This document shows positions 29,129 through 39,042 of a stretch of 64,000 nucleotides of DNA, piece by piece. Origin of the DNA: Minisyncoccia bacterium (GTDB lineage Bacteria; Patescibacteriota; Minisyncoccia; UBA6257; JAAZHW01); the NCBI GenBank assembly GCA_049720475.1, contig JBNASH010000033.1, positions 3,784 to 67,783 of the forward strand, in the 5' to 3' direction. Numbering within the stretch: the stretch's first letter is position 1; each line of letters opens with the position of its first letter. Made by a program: the position numbers and the translations under genes. The notes under the pieces are model-generated. The model made no database searches. It was not told the origin of the DNA and was given only the letters and a program-made list of their open reading frames with translations.

Positions 29129-30409
29129 CTAAATTTTTAGATCTTTTTGTTGAGTGGCTTCTAACTTAATAATCTTATCTCTAAACCAAGTCAATAATCC
29201 AAAATTTGCCGCTTGGGATAAAATACTAGTGAAAGCGGCGGCGAACATGCCGAATTTTGGAATAAGCAAGAAATTAAGAACTAAGTTAATTATAGCACAA
29301 AAAGCCGTAAGATAAAAATTAAGCCATTGCTTGTTATAAGCAATATAAAGATAGCTTAAATAAACGGCTGGGAAGGTAAAAACAATAATCCAGCTTAAAA
29401 ATTGTGCCAAGGAAACTGATGGTTCATACTGTTTGCCAACAAAGAAGGGAAGAATTGGCGCAAAAATAAAGATTAATAAAGCAATTAAAAACCCTAAAGC
29501 TAAAAAGCCAATAAGCGCTTTTTGGGTAATTTTTTTGATTTTTTCTTTATCATTGATATTGGCGGAAAGATATGGGAAAAGAGCAATCATTATTAAACTC
29601 GGCAAAAGATTGATTAATAATATTCCTTTAGTAATAAGGGAATAATAACCAACTTCAGTTACTCCGCGCATTTTACCCAGCATAATTTGATCAGTCGAAA
29701 ATAAAATAAAATTTAAGAGACCAAACAAAGCAACTGGCAAACCATTAATAAATAATTGTTTGAAAAGATTTTTATCAAGTTGCGGCAAAAAATAATTTTT
29801 AAAAGGTTTTATCATCAAGCCAGCCGTAATAAAACTCAAAAGCACACCAATTAAATAACCCACGCTTAAAGAAATAATATTTTTATAAATTAAAATTAGA
29901 AAAATGCTAAATGCCATCACCGAAAAACTTTCAACCAAAATTACTATAAATTCCTTCTCCATTTTTTGAATGGCGCGCAAAAAAGAAACAAACAAATCTT
30001 TAATATTCGCCACAAAAAGATAAATTGAAATCACCAAAAAATTAAGACGGAATTCGGGATTTTGAAAAACAAAAAGTCCCAAGATTGCCGCAATTAAACA
30101 TAAAGAAGTGGTCAAAATTCTAAACAAAAACGCGGCGCGCGTATATTTTTCCCTTTCGACTGCTTGCTGATAATCGCGAATGATTAAAGTATTAATGCCC
30201 CAATCAGCAAACAAGAAGAAAAGCGTGCCAATTGATAAAATATAATTGAAGGTTCCAAAGCCTGTTGGTCCTAAAACGCGCGCTGAAACCAAAACTAAAA
30301 TCAACTTGAAAAGACGGCTCAAAATCTGACTAAACAAAAGCCAAAAACTATTTTTGAAAAAAGTTTGCTTGGGCGAAATGTTATTAAAAAGTAAATTTTC
30401 TAAATCCAT
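29129..30409 (-). CDS. Polysaccharide flippase (Wzx/MOP superfamily)
   Basis: 426 aa with about 12 TM segments, in a glycan cluster. Confidence 0.7.
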   Translation of the reverse strand: MDLENLLFNNISPKQTFFKNSFWLLFSQILSRLFKLILVLVSARVLGPTGFGTFNYILSIGTLFFLFADWGINTLIIRDYQQAVEREKYTRAAFLFRILTTSLCLIAAILGLFVFQNPEFRLNFLVISIYLFVANIKDLFVSFLRAIQKMEKEFIVILVESFSVMAFSIFLILIYKNIISLSVGYLIGVLLSFITAGLMIKPFKNYFLPQLDKNLFKQLFINGLPVALFGLLNFILFSTDQIMLGKMRGVTEVGYYSLITKGILLINLLPSLIMIALFPYLSANINDKEKIKKITQKALIGFLALGFLIALLIFIFAPILPFFVGKQYEPSVSLAQFLSWIIVFTFPAVYLSYLYIAYNKQWLNFYLTAFCAIINLVLNFLLIPKFGMFAAAFTSILSQAANFGLLTWFRDKIIKLEATQQKDLKI

Positions 30410-30412
30410 AAA

Positions 30413-30991
30413 TTAGGAGTTTTTCGCCTTTTCCACTCGTTCTACGTATTCACCTGTTTCAGTATTTACTCTAATAATATCTCCTTCGTTGATAAATAAT
30501 GGCACGGCAATTTTAGCACCAGTTTCAATTGTCACTGTTTTCGTGCCTCCTTGTGCTGTATCGCCTTTTATTCCCGGTGGCGCTTCTATAACTTTAAAAT
30601 CCATTTTAATTGGCAATTCGATATTGATAATTTTTCCGTTAAATTTAAAAGCGTCGATTGGAACTCCAGCTTTCAAAAAATTTTTATTATCCCCCAAAAC
30701 CGTTTCGTCTAATTGAAATCTTTTTGATCGATCGCCGGCTTCGCAAAACCAATATTCGCCGCGATGCTGATACAAAAACTCAACACTCAAGCGCTCGAGA
30801 TCGGCTTCTTCAAATTCTTCGGAATGCTGAATGTTTCGATCAATAACTTTGCCGTTAATTAAATTTTTGAGCCGCGTTTGAAGAACCGGTTTTCTCTGTT
30901 GCATCTTTAAAAAATTAGCGCTTAAAACTTCGTACGGCTCATCATCAATAATAATAATTGTTTTTGGTTTTAAATCATTGATTCCCAACAT
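30413..30991 (-). CDS. efp: Elongation factor P
   Basis: NDLKPKTIIIIDDEPYEVLSANFLKMQQRKPVLQTRLKNLINGKV...ETGAKIAVPLFINEGD. Confidence 0.95.
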   Translation of the reverse strand: MLGINDLKPKTIIIIDDEPYEVLSANFLKMQQRKPVLQTRLKNLINGKVIDRNIQHSEEFEEADLERLSVEFLYQHRGEYWFCEAGDRSKRFQLDETVLGDNKNFLKAGVPIDAFKFNGKIINIELPIKMDFKVIEAPPGIKGDTAQGGTKTVTIETGAKIAVPLFINEGDIIRVNTETGEYVERVEKAKNS

Positions 30992-31054
30992 ATTATCAAT
31001 AATCTTAAAAAATATTCGCTAACTGTCAATAAAAATTTTCCTCTTGAGAAAATT

Positions 31055-31300
31055 TCAGAGGGAAATATCAAAAATTTTTTGCCTGCTTTTCCCTCCTTTT
31101 AATAAATTAATTCGGGAAGGCGCAATATCAAAAAATTCTGCCAATAATTTAACAGCTGCTTCATTGGCTTTATTTTCTTTGGCCGGCGCTGTTACCAAAA
31201 TTTCAAATTGATTATCGCCAATTTTTTTAATTTTGTTTACTGAAGCATTAGGTTTTACTTTCACAAAAAAATGCATATTTTTAAAACGCCTATTTAACAA
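31055..31300 (-). CDS. YggU/DUF167 family protein
   Basis: VKVKPNASVNKI...ILVTAPAKENKANEAAVKLLAEFF...LLKGGKSRQKIF. Confidence 0.75.
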   Translation of the reverse strand: MLNRRFKNMHFFVKVKPNASVNKIKKIGDNQFEILVTAPAKENKANEAAVKLLAEFFDIAPSRINLLKGGKSRQKIFDISL

Positions 31301-31324
31301 AATGGTAACAAAGCTAAATTTTGA

Positions 31325-32992
31325 TTATTGACTCTCTTTATTTTCTTCTTTGTTTTCTTCTTTCTGGCTTAATTTAGCAAGTGATTCCCTTAAAGCCCTT
31401 TTTAATTCATCTACATTAGCTTGGGTTTTGGGTTTCTCTGTTGGTTGTTTGCTAATCAATTTTTTGCCGCTACTTTCAAAAATGTTTTTAACAATTTTTG
31501 TTTCTAAACGCAAAGGTTTTGTCGGCGGAATAATTTCGCCTTTCTCTACTCCGCTTAAACACGTTTTACAAAAAACCGGCCTTTTTCCATCTGGTTGAAA
31601 CGGCACTTCTGTTTCTGCTCCACACACCCAACAAAAATCAATATATGTTTTTTTCTTCTCTTTCTTCTCTTTTTTCTCTTCCTCATTATTTTCCTCGTTT
31701 CCCTCAAGCCATTCAGCGCTAATCTGTTTTTCTACTTCGCTGCGCGGCTGACAATAAATTTTTCTGGTGTTTTCTATAATTTGATTCTTAAAATTAACCT
31801 CGGGCTTTAATCGAGGTGGCAGAGTGACGGCTGAAAATGCTTTAGAAGTTATTCCATCAATCATTAATTTAAGATAAATATTGTATTTGGGCAGATTAAC
31901 TAAATCGGTTGCTGTAAATTCTGGCGCAAATTCTTTTTCCAGCCATTCTGCATCCTCTGCTCCTACTCGAAAAACAACAAAAGTGCCAACATTACCAAAA
32001 ATAGCTGCCTTTACGGATTCGGGCAACTGCCCAATGTATTGATGAGAAATAATTAGGGATAAATGGTATTTGCGCGCTTCGGATAAAATATTGGAAAAGG
32101 ATTCGGTAGCAAAAGTTTGAAACTCATCAACATATAAAAAGAAATCGGGCCGCTCTTCTGGTGGAACATCGGCTCGGCTCATCGCTGCTTGTTGAATACG
32201 CGTTATCATCATCGCTCCCAACAACGCCGAATTAACTTCTCCAATTCGTCCTTTGGACAAATTCACAATTAAAATTTTTCCCTCATCCATTATTTTTCTG
32301 ATATTAAAAGAAGATTTTGGTTGCCCAACAATATTTCTTACCAAAGGATTTGTCAGAAACTGCCCTACTTTATTTTGAATCGGCGCAATTGCTTCTACTT
32401 GAAATTTTTCATGATAACGGGCAAATTCATTAACCCAAAAATTTTTTACCACCGGATCCTTTAGGTTTGATACAATGTAATCGCGATATTTTTTATCTGT
32501 CAGCAATCGCATTATGCCCAACAGCGTTGAATTAGGATATTCAAGAAGCGCCATTAAACAATTGTTTAAAATATATTCCATTCGGGCGCTCCACACATCC
32601 GGCCAAATTTTCTTGAAAATTTCCAAAATACCACTGGCCACTAAATGTCTTTGCTCATCGTTGACTGATTCTAATGGATTAAAAGCAATGGGATAATTTG
32701 TATCGTGTGGACAAAAATAAATCACATCGTCAACGCGCTTTTCAGGAATATGCTCAAGCAATTGCTCGGCTGATTCGCCATGAGGATCAATAAAAGCCAA
32801 ACCAAATCCCGATTCAATATCAGAAATAGCCATATTGGTTAACATAACAGTTTTGCCCATGCCGGTTTTACCAATTGCATACATATGCTTTCGGCGGTCA
32901 TCTAATTTGATGCCAAATTTCACTTTCTGATTTCGAAAATTGGTCTCGGCAAAAAAATTGATGTTTTCTTCGCTGTATTTTGCTTTCTTCAT
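31325..32992 (-). CDS. VirD4/TraG/TraD-like P-loop ATPase with a C-terminal CxxC...CxxC zinc ribbon
   Basis: GKTGMGKTVML (Walker A), FFLYVDEFQTF (Walker B), LSLIISHQY, then CWVCGAETEVPFQPDGKRPVFCKTCL and a Lys/Glu tail. Confidence 0.7.
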   Translation of the reverse strand: MKKAKYSEENINFFAETNFRNQKVKFGIKLDDRRKHMYAIGKTGMGKTVMLTNMAISDIESGFGLAFIDPHGESAEQLLEHIPEKRVDDVIYFCPHDTNYPIAFNPLESVNDEQRHLVASGILEIFKKIWPDVWSARMEYILNNCLMALLEYPNSTLLGIMRLLTDKKYRDYIVSNLKDPVVKNFWVNEFARYHEKFQVEAIAPIQNKVGQFLTNPLVRNIVGQPKSSFNIRKIMDEGKILIVNLSKGRIGEVNSALLGAMMITRIQQAAMSRADVPPEERPDFFLYVDEFQTFATESFSNILSEARKYHLSLIISHQYIGQLPESVKAAIFGNVGTFVVFRVGAEDAEWLEKEFAPEFTATDLVNLPKYNIYLKLMIDGITSKAFSAVTLPPRLKPEVNFKNQIIENTRKIYCQPRSEVEKQISAEWLEGNEENNEEEKKEKKEKKKTYIDFCWVCGAETEVPFQPDGKRPVFCKTCLSGVEKGEIIPPTKPLRLETKIVKNIFESSGKKLISKQPTEKPKTQANVDELKRALRESLAKLSQKEENKEENKESQ

Positions 32993-33086
32993 AATTCTTT
33001 TTTATTGTAATTTAAAATAATGAAAAACTCAAATACAAGCTTTAATCTTGTTTAATCCGATTTTTTATAGTAAAATCCATTATTGT

Positions 33087-35294
33087 ATGACAGAAATGGA
33101 TAAAGTTTATAATCATTTAGCCATCGAGAAAAAAATTTATCAAAGCTGGGAAAAATCCGGCTATTTTAATCCAGATAAATTACCGACCAAAAGCAAAAAA
33201 TTTTTCTCTATTATTATGCCGCCGCCCAATGCTAACGGCGCGCTTCATTTAGGGCATGCTTTAACCGTAACGCTGGAAGATATAATGATTCGCTATAAAA
33301 GAATGCGGGGTTTTAAAACTTTGTGGCTGCCAGGGGCTGATCATGCTGGCTTTGAAACTCAAGTCGTTTTTGAGAAAAAACTGGAAAAGGAAGGAACAAG
33401 CCGTTTTGAAATTTTGAAAGAGGAAGGCGGCCGCGAGAAACTTTATCAAATGATTTGGGATTTTACTCAGACTAATAAAATTCAGATGGAAAACCAATTG
33501 CGACAATTGGGCGCTTCCTGTGATTGGTCAAGAGAAAAATTCACTCTCGATCCTTCGATTATTAAAGTAGTTTATGAAACTTTTAAAAAACTCTACGATG
33601 ATGGGCTGATTTATAAAGCCAATCGCATTATTAATTGGTGTCCCAAACATCAAACAGCGCTTTCTGATTTGGAAATTTTGTGGGAGGAAAGAAAGGATAA
33701 ATTGTATTATGTAAGATATTTTTTGGAAGAAGATCCTTCTCAATTTTTAACTGTTGCAACCACTCGACCAGAAACTATTCCGGCTGATATGGCGATTGCT
33801 GTTCATCCGAATGATAAAAGATACAAGAATTGGGTGGGCAAAAAATTGACTAATCCTTTGATTAAAAATCGCGGAAAATACGGCGATAGTATTGAAATTA
33901 TTGCCGATGAATTAGTGGATAAAGACTTTGGCACGGGCGCTTTAAAAATTACGCCCGCCCACGATCCAATTGATTTTGAAATTGGAACAAAGCATAATTT
34001 GCCTCTTGATTACCAAATCATTGATTGGGATGGCAAAATGAATGATTTAGCTGGTGAATTGAAAGGCTTAAAACCCGAGCCGGCCAGAGAATTATCAATT
34101 AAAATTTTAAGCGAGAGCGGCGCTTTGGAAAAAATCGAAGATTATTCCCACAAAGTGCCTCTTTGTTATAAATGTAAATCGGTTATTGAGCCATTGCCGC
34201 GTAAACAATGGTTTTTAAAAATGACGACGCCGCCAAAAAACAGCAAAAAATCTTTGCGCGATTTAGCGGTGGAAGCAGTAAAAAAAGGAAAGATTAAATT
34301 TGTTACTAAACGCTTTGAAAAAATTTTTTATCATTGGATGAAAAATATTAAAGATTGGAATATTTCCCGACAAATTGTTTGGGGCATTCCTATTCCTGTT
34401 TGGTACTGCAATGATTGCGGAAAAGAAATTGTCCATATTGAAAAAAAGCCGCTGCGTCAATGTCCGAAATGTCACAGCAAAAATTTAACTAAAGAAACTG
34501 ATGTTTTTGATACTTGGTTCTCGTCTGGTCAATGGCCATTTGCTACTTTGGGCTATCCTAATAATTCTGATTACAAAAAATTCTATCCAACCGATGTTAT
34601 GGAAACAGGCTGGGATATTTTATTCTTCTGGGTAGCAAGAATGATTATGTTTGGATTATACAGAACCAAAAAACCACCTTTCAAATATGTCTATCTTCAT
34701 GGTTTAATCCGCGATAAAGAACGCCAGAAGATGTCGAAATCCAAAGGAAATGTTATTGATCCTTTAGGCGTGATTGACTTATATGGCGTTGATGCTTTGA
34801 GAATGGCTTTTGTTGTGGGAACCGCGCCCGGCAATGATCCTATTATTTCCGAAGACAAAATTCGAGCTTATCGCAACTTTTCTAATAAAATCTGGAATGC
34901 TTCTCGTTTTGTTTTAATGAACCTCTCGAATTTTGATAGCAAACCAGTTAAGTTAAACAATAAGGACAAAAGAATTTTAAAACAGTTGGAAAAATTAATA
35001 TCGGATGTTACTAAAGAAATGGAAAATTTCCAATTCCATCGTGCTTCCGAAAAATTATATCACTATTTCTGGCATGTTTTCGCGGATAAAATTATCGAAG
35101 AAAATAAACCGCGACTTCAAAATCCCCAAGAACGTCGAATGGCCCAATATCTTCTTTTAACTATTCTAACAACGCTTTTGAAATTGCTTCATCCATTTAT
35201 GCCTTTTGTTACTGAAGCGATTTACCAATTGCTGCCAAACAAAAATAAAAAGTTTATAATGATTGAGGATTGGCCCCAAAAAATCAAACTTTAA
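33087..35294 (+). CDS. valS: Valyl-tRNA synthetase (short, no long C-terminal coiled coil)
   Basis: PPPNANGALHLGHAL (HIGH), TRPETIPADMA, KMSKSKGNVIDP. I preferred the ATG at 33087 to the TTG at 33048 used in the track. Confidence 0.9.
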   Translation: MTEMDKVYNHLAIEKKIYQSWEKSGYFNPDKLPTKSKKFFSIIMPPPNANGALHLGHALTVTLEDIMIRYKRMRGFKTLWLPGADHAGFETQVVFEKKLEKEGTSRFEILKEEGGREKLYQMIWDFTQTNKIQMENQLRQLGASCDWSREKFTLDPSIIKVVYETFKKLYDDGLIYKANRIINWCPKHQTALSDLEILWEERKDKLYYVRYFLEEDPSQFLTVATTRPETIPADMAIAVHPNDKRYKNWVGKKLTNPLIKNRGKYGDSIEIIADELVDKDFGTGALKITPAHDPIDFEIGTKHNLPLDYQIIDWDGKMNDLAGELKGLKPEPARELSIKILSESGALEKIEDYSHKVPLCYKCKSVIEPLPRKQWFLKMTTPPKNSKKSLRDLAVEAVKKGKIKFVTKRFEKIFYHWMKNIKDWNISRQIVWGIPIPVWYCNDCGKEIVHIEKKPLRQCPKCHSKNLTKETDVFDTWFSSGQWPFATLGYPNNSDYKKFYPTDVMETGWDILFFWVARMIMFGLYRTKKPPFKYVYLHGLIRDKERQKMSKSKGNVIDPLGVIDLYGVDALRMAFVVGTAPGNDPIISEDKIRAYRNFSNKIWNASRFVLMNLSNFDSKPVKLNNKDKRILKQLEKLISDVTKEMENFQFHRASEKLYHYFWHVFADKIIEENKPRLQNPQERRMAQYLLLTILTTLLKLLHPFMPFVTEAIYQLLPNKNKKFIMIEDWPQKIKL

Positions 35295-35295
35295 T

Positions 35296-36060
35296 ATGCC
35301 CACTATCCTGCAAATCTTATTTCTAGTTAGTTTAGCAATTTTACCTAGTTTAATTTGGTTAGGATATTATTTGAGACGCGATGATCGGCCTGAACCGCGT
35401 TCTCGTTTAATGATTTCTTTTGCCATTGGCGTTTTAATTACTCTTTTAGCGGCCTTTTTGGAAGGTGCTTTAGCTAAAATTTCTCCCAAAAACAATATCC
35501 TTCTCTCAACGGTAATCTTCTTTTTTGCTTTCCCTTTTATTGAAGAATTGAGTAAATTTATCACGACCCTAATTAGCAATATTAAAAATCGTTACTTCGG
35601 AGATGAATATACTGACCCGATGATTTATAGTATTACCGCTGCTTTGGGGTTTGCCGCTGCTGAAAATTTAAAAGTGTGTCTTTCTATCCTTCAAGAAAAC
35701 TCAATTGTATTAAAAATGCCTCTTTTAGCCAATTTAACTATTCCGTCTCTCGTGTTAAACACTTTAGTAATTACTATTTTCATTCGCTTTCTTTCAGCTG
35801 TTTTTCTCCACGCTAATGCCTCCTCAGTTTATGGATATTTTTGGGGGATTAGTTTAATTCTAAAAAAGGATAGAAAAACGAAATTTTTGCTTATTGCTTT
35901 TGGAATTATTATGGCTACACTTTTGCATTCTTTTTATAATTATCTTATAATGAAAACAAGTGAAAATTTATACTTTGCTTTAATGGTTATTGGGTTTTTA
36001 TTTATTACTAATTACATAATGGGTCGCGGTTTTAAACAATTAAAATCTTATCAACAATAA
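35296..36060 (+). CDS. PrsW-family intramembrane protease
   Basis: YLRRDDRPEP, FIEELSKF, LGFAAAENL and HSFYN motifs. The ATG lies 1 nt after the valS stop. Confidence 0.75.
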   Translation: MPTILQILFLVSLAILPSLIWLGYYLRRDDRPEPRSRLMISFAIGVLITLLAAFLEGALAKISPKNNILLSTVIFFFAFPFIEELSKFITTLISNIKNRYFGDEYTDPMIYSITAALGFAAAENLKVCLSILQENSIVLKMPLLANLTIPSLVLNTLVITIFIRFLSAVFLHANASSVYGYFWGISLILKKDRKTKFLLIAFGIIMATLLHSFYNYLIMKTSENLYFALMVIGFLFITNYIMGRGFKQLKSYQQ

Positions 36061-36065
36061 ACAAT

Positions 36066-36497
36066 ATGGCTTTTAGATTTTTTAAATCAAAAGAGGAAAA
36101 CGAAGAAAAAAAGATTGACATCAAAAATCATTTAGAAACTGAAGAAAACGATGATGTTTTGGAAGGAGAAGGACAATTAATGGTCGATGTTTATCAGACG
36201 CCCTCGGAAATCGTTATTAAATCAGCCGTAGCGGGAGTTAAACCAGAAGATATCGATATTTCTATTGTGAATGATATGATAACTATTAAAGGAAAGAGAG
36301 AGTTGGACGAAGTTGTTAAAAGCGATGATTATTTTTATCAGGAATGTTATTGGGGTTCATTTAGCCGTTCAATCATTTTGCCAATCGAAATTGATGCCGA
36401 TCGGGTAAATGCAACACTGAAAAACGGAATTCTAACTATTCGCCTGCCAAAAATTGATAAAAACAAGGTGAAAAAAGTAAAAATTAAATCCGAATAA
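36066..36497 (+). CDS. Small heat-shock protein (Hsp20/alpha-crystallin)
   Basis: VDVYQTPSEIVIKSAVAGVKPEDIDISIVNDMITIKGKR...GSFSRSIILP...ATLKNGILTIRLPK. Confidence 0.9.
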   Translation: MAFRFFKSKEENEEKKIDIKNHLETEENDDVLEGEGQLMVDVYQTPSEIVIKSAVAGVKPEDIDISIVNDMITIKGKRELDEVVKSDDYFYQECYWGSFSRSIILPIEIDADRVNATLKNGILTIRLPKIDKNKVKKVKIKSE

Positions 36498-36524
36498 AAA
36501 ATCTCCCCGAAAGGGGAGATTTTA
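36496..36524. terminator. Bidirectional intrinsic terminator
   Basis: AAAAATCTCCCC-GAAA-GGGGAGATTTT between convergent genes. Confidence 0.8.
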
Positions 36525-36527
36525 AAT

Positions 36528-37049
36528 TTATTGAAAAAACTTTATTTTTATCGCCAATTTTTCCACAAACCAAGCCGACAAAACTCCCAAAATTATCCCT
36601 CCTAAAATATCTGAAGGATAGTGAACACCACTATAAATTCGCGCAATTCCCATCAAAACACCCAAAACAATAAAAGCTAACCCGATTTTTTTGTTGGCCA
36701 GCGCCACAAAGTAAATTAAAGGAAAAATAAAGGTCATGTGGCCTGAAGGAAAAGAACCGCTAATATCGTGAGAAATTAAATTATTTACTTGGTGAGTTAA
36801 AAATGGTCGGGGACGGTAATAAAAAAATCGGATTATTTCTGTAATAATGCCACGACTTAAAATAATGGCTGAAATCACCTTTAAAATTTTTTTCCAATTT
36901 TTTTGATAAGCAAAAAATAGATAAATCAATCCAAAAACAGCCATCAAATAAATCAAATCTTCGGCAAGAAAAACCATTAATTTATCAAACCAAGGACATT
37001 GCCCGACCAAATTATTAATTTTTTGAAAAATTAAATAATCAAGATTCAT
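36528..37049 (-). CDS. PAP2-family phosphatase (undecaprenyl-diphosphatase-like)
   Basis: RPRP...SFPSGH...RIYSGVHYPSDILGG tripartite PAP2 motif. Confidence 0.85.
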   Translation of the reverse strand: MNLDYLIFQKINNLVGQCPWFDKLMVFLAEDLIYLMAVFGLIYLFFAYQKNWKKILKVISAIILSRGIITEIIRFFYYRPRPFLTHQVNNLISHDISGSFPSGHMTFIFPLIYFVALANKKIGLAFIVLGVLMGIARIYSGVHYPSDILGGIILGVLSAWFVEKLAIKIKFFQ

Positions 37050-38407
37050 AATTCAATTTGATAATGCGTCTTAACAAAATCGACCATTTTTAAAATATCT
37101 GATTTAACATCATCGGATTTTAAAGCAATAAAAACGATTGGGCGTTTTTCGCCATTAAATTGAAGTTCAAAAACCGCCAGCATTGTTTCTTTACTAACAT
37201 CGGTTTTGCCAACTTTTCCACCAACAAAATCATTATTATCCGCAAAAAAATTTAGATTTTTCAATTCATAGATTGGCTGGCCATAATAAGTGTTATCAAA
37301 AATTCCTTTGGTCATTTTGAAAATAAAACTGCGATTAAAATAAAGATAACGCGCCAATTGATAGAGATCAATGGGCGTTGAAACGTTTTCGCTTTCAATA
37401 CCATTGGCATCAACAAAATTCGTATTTATCATCCCGATGCTTTTAGCAATATCATTCATCCACTCAATTAATTTATCTGTCCCTAAATAGTTAGCCAAAG
37501 TAACTCCGGCTTCATTAGAAGATTCAACTAAAAGCAAAGCCAGCAAATCAAAAACAGAAATTTTTTGACCCGCCTTTAGTCTCGGAATGGAAGTAAAAAT
37601 TAATGCCTCTTTTGGTACGGTAATATTGTATTCTAAAAAAGTGTGATCCAACACTGCCAGCGCCGTCACCAATTTGGTAATTGAAGCAATGGGGAATTTT
37701 TGGTTTTTATTTTTTTCCAAAAAAACAAAGTTATTTTTTAAATCCACCGCTAAATACGCTTCGGCTGATAATTCAGGAATTGAGTAACGGTAACTCGAAT
37801 TTTCGGTTAATAAATCTTTTTTAAATACTAAAACTGGCATATCAATTTCGGCCAAATCATAAATTTTTTTTGCATCCTCATCAAATAAACGAATGCAACC
37901 ACCAGAATAAGAACTGTCTACTTTGCGGCCATTAGGATAATAAGGCCAGCCATGAATTAAAAAATTTCCTTCAAAAGCCAAGGCATAATTCATATAAACA
38001 TTGGCGAATCTAGAATAGGCCTTATTAAATTTAGCTTCGATTTTATATAATCCGACGGGCGTTTCAAACCAAGAACCCTCGCGACCCTTAGCAATAATCG
38101 GCACTGCTTCTACTATTTCTCCATTTTTATAAACGGTTATTTTCATTTCATCTAAATCCGCTAGAATAAAATCCATTTTTTGATTTATCATCTTGTTTAA
38201 AACATTATGGAAAAAATTAACATCACCCAATTCGGGCCAAATACCATATTGGAATTTAATTTCTTTATTATTGCCACCATCAAGTTGAATATTGTATTCT
38301 TTAACTTCTTTTTTTGGATAAAAATAAAATAAGGCAACAAGACTTAAAGCAACTATTAAAAAGCCGAAAATTAACCAAAAAGAAATTTTTTTTGATTGTC
38401 CGCTCAT
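37046..38407 (-). CDS. Fusion of an L,D-transpeptidase (YkuD) domain and a serine DD-peptidase (S11/PBP5-like) domain
   Basis: N-terminal TM; HGWPYYPNGRKVDSSYSGGCIRL (YkuD catalytic motif); then ASITKLVT (SxxK), ESSNEA (SxN) and GKTD. Confidence 0.75.
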   Translation of the reverse strand: MSGQSKKISFWLIFGFLIVALSLVALFYFYPKKEVKEYNIQLDGGNNKEIKFQYGIWPELGDVNFFHNVLNKMINQKMDFILADLDEMKITVYKNGEIVEAVPIIAKGREGSWFETPVGLYKIEAKFNKAYSRFANVYMNYALAFEGNFLIHGWPYYPNGRKVDSSYSGGCIRLFDEDAKKIYDLAEIDMPVLVFKKDLLTENSSYRYSIPELSAEAYLAVDLKNNFVFLEKNKNQKFPIASITKLVTALAVLDHTFLEYNITVPKEALIFTSIPRLKAGQKISVFDLLALLLVESSNEAGVTLANYLGTDKLIEWMNDIAKSIGMINTNFVDANGIESENVSTPIDLYQLARYLYFNRSFIFKMTKGIFDNTYYGQPIYELKNLNFFADNNDFVGGKVGKTDVSKETMLAVFELQFNGEKRPIVFIALKSDDVKSDILKMVDFVKTHYQIEL

Positions 38408-39033
38408 AAAATTATTACTTTCCGGCCATTAATTTTAATTCGGCCCTCAGCAAAAACTTTAATTCCCTCGCATAAAATTTCTTCTTCTTTTTGATGAATT
38501 TTTTCTTCTAAACTTTCTATGGTTTCATCATCTTTAATATCCACCGCGCGTTGAAAAATAATTGGACCTGTATCAACGCCCTCATCAACAAAATGTAAAG
38601 TACAACCTGTAATTTTTGCACCATAATCGAGAGCTTGCTTTGGTGCATCAAGCCCTGGAAAAGCCGGGCATAAAGAAGGATGAATATTGATTACAGCATT
38701 TGGAAAATTTTTTAGGAAGGTTGGAGAAAGTATCAAATCCCAACCAGCCAAAACAACTAAATTAATTTTTCTTTCTTTTAAAATATTCGCCAATTCTTTA
38801 TCAAAAGATTCTCTATTTTTACCTTGATTCTTCCAATCGCTCAAACGAAAATAAAAAGCTTCGATACCTTGCTGTCTGGCCCATTCAACACCTGGTGACT
38901 CTTTTTTGTGGGAAATAACAACAGCTAATTCAACTAGAGGATGATTTTGGCAACATTCATAAATAGCCTTTAAACGGCCGCCTCTTCCTATTAAAGCCGC
39001 AACGCGACATCGATTGGTTGAAGAAAAAATCAT
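38404..39033 (-). CDS. purN: Phosphoribosylglycinamide formyltransferase-like (PurN/formyl_trans_N)
   Basis: LVVLAGWDLIL...INIHPSLCPAFPG...GCTLHFVDEGVDTGPII. Confidence 0.75.
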   Translation of the reverse strand: MIFSSTNRCRVAALIGRGGRLKAIYECCQNHPLVELAVVISHKKESPGVEWARQQGIEAFYFRLSDWKNQGKNRESFDKELANILKERKINLVVLAGWDLILSPTFLKNFPNAVINIHPSLCPAFPGLDAPKQALDYGAKITGCTLHFVDEGVDTGPIIFQRAVDIKDDETIESLEEKIHQKEEEILCEGIKVFAEGRIKINGRKVIIL

Positions 39034-39042
39034 AATTTCGAG

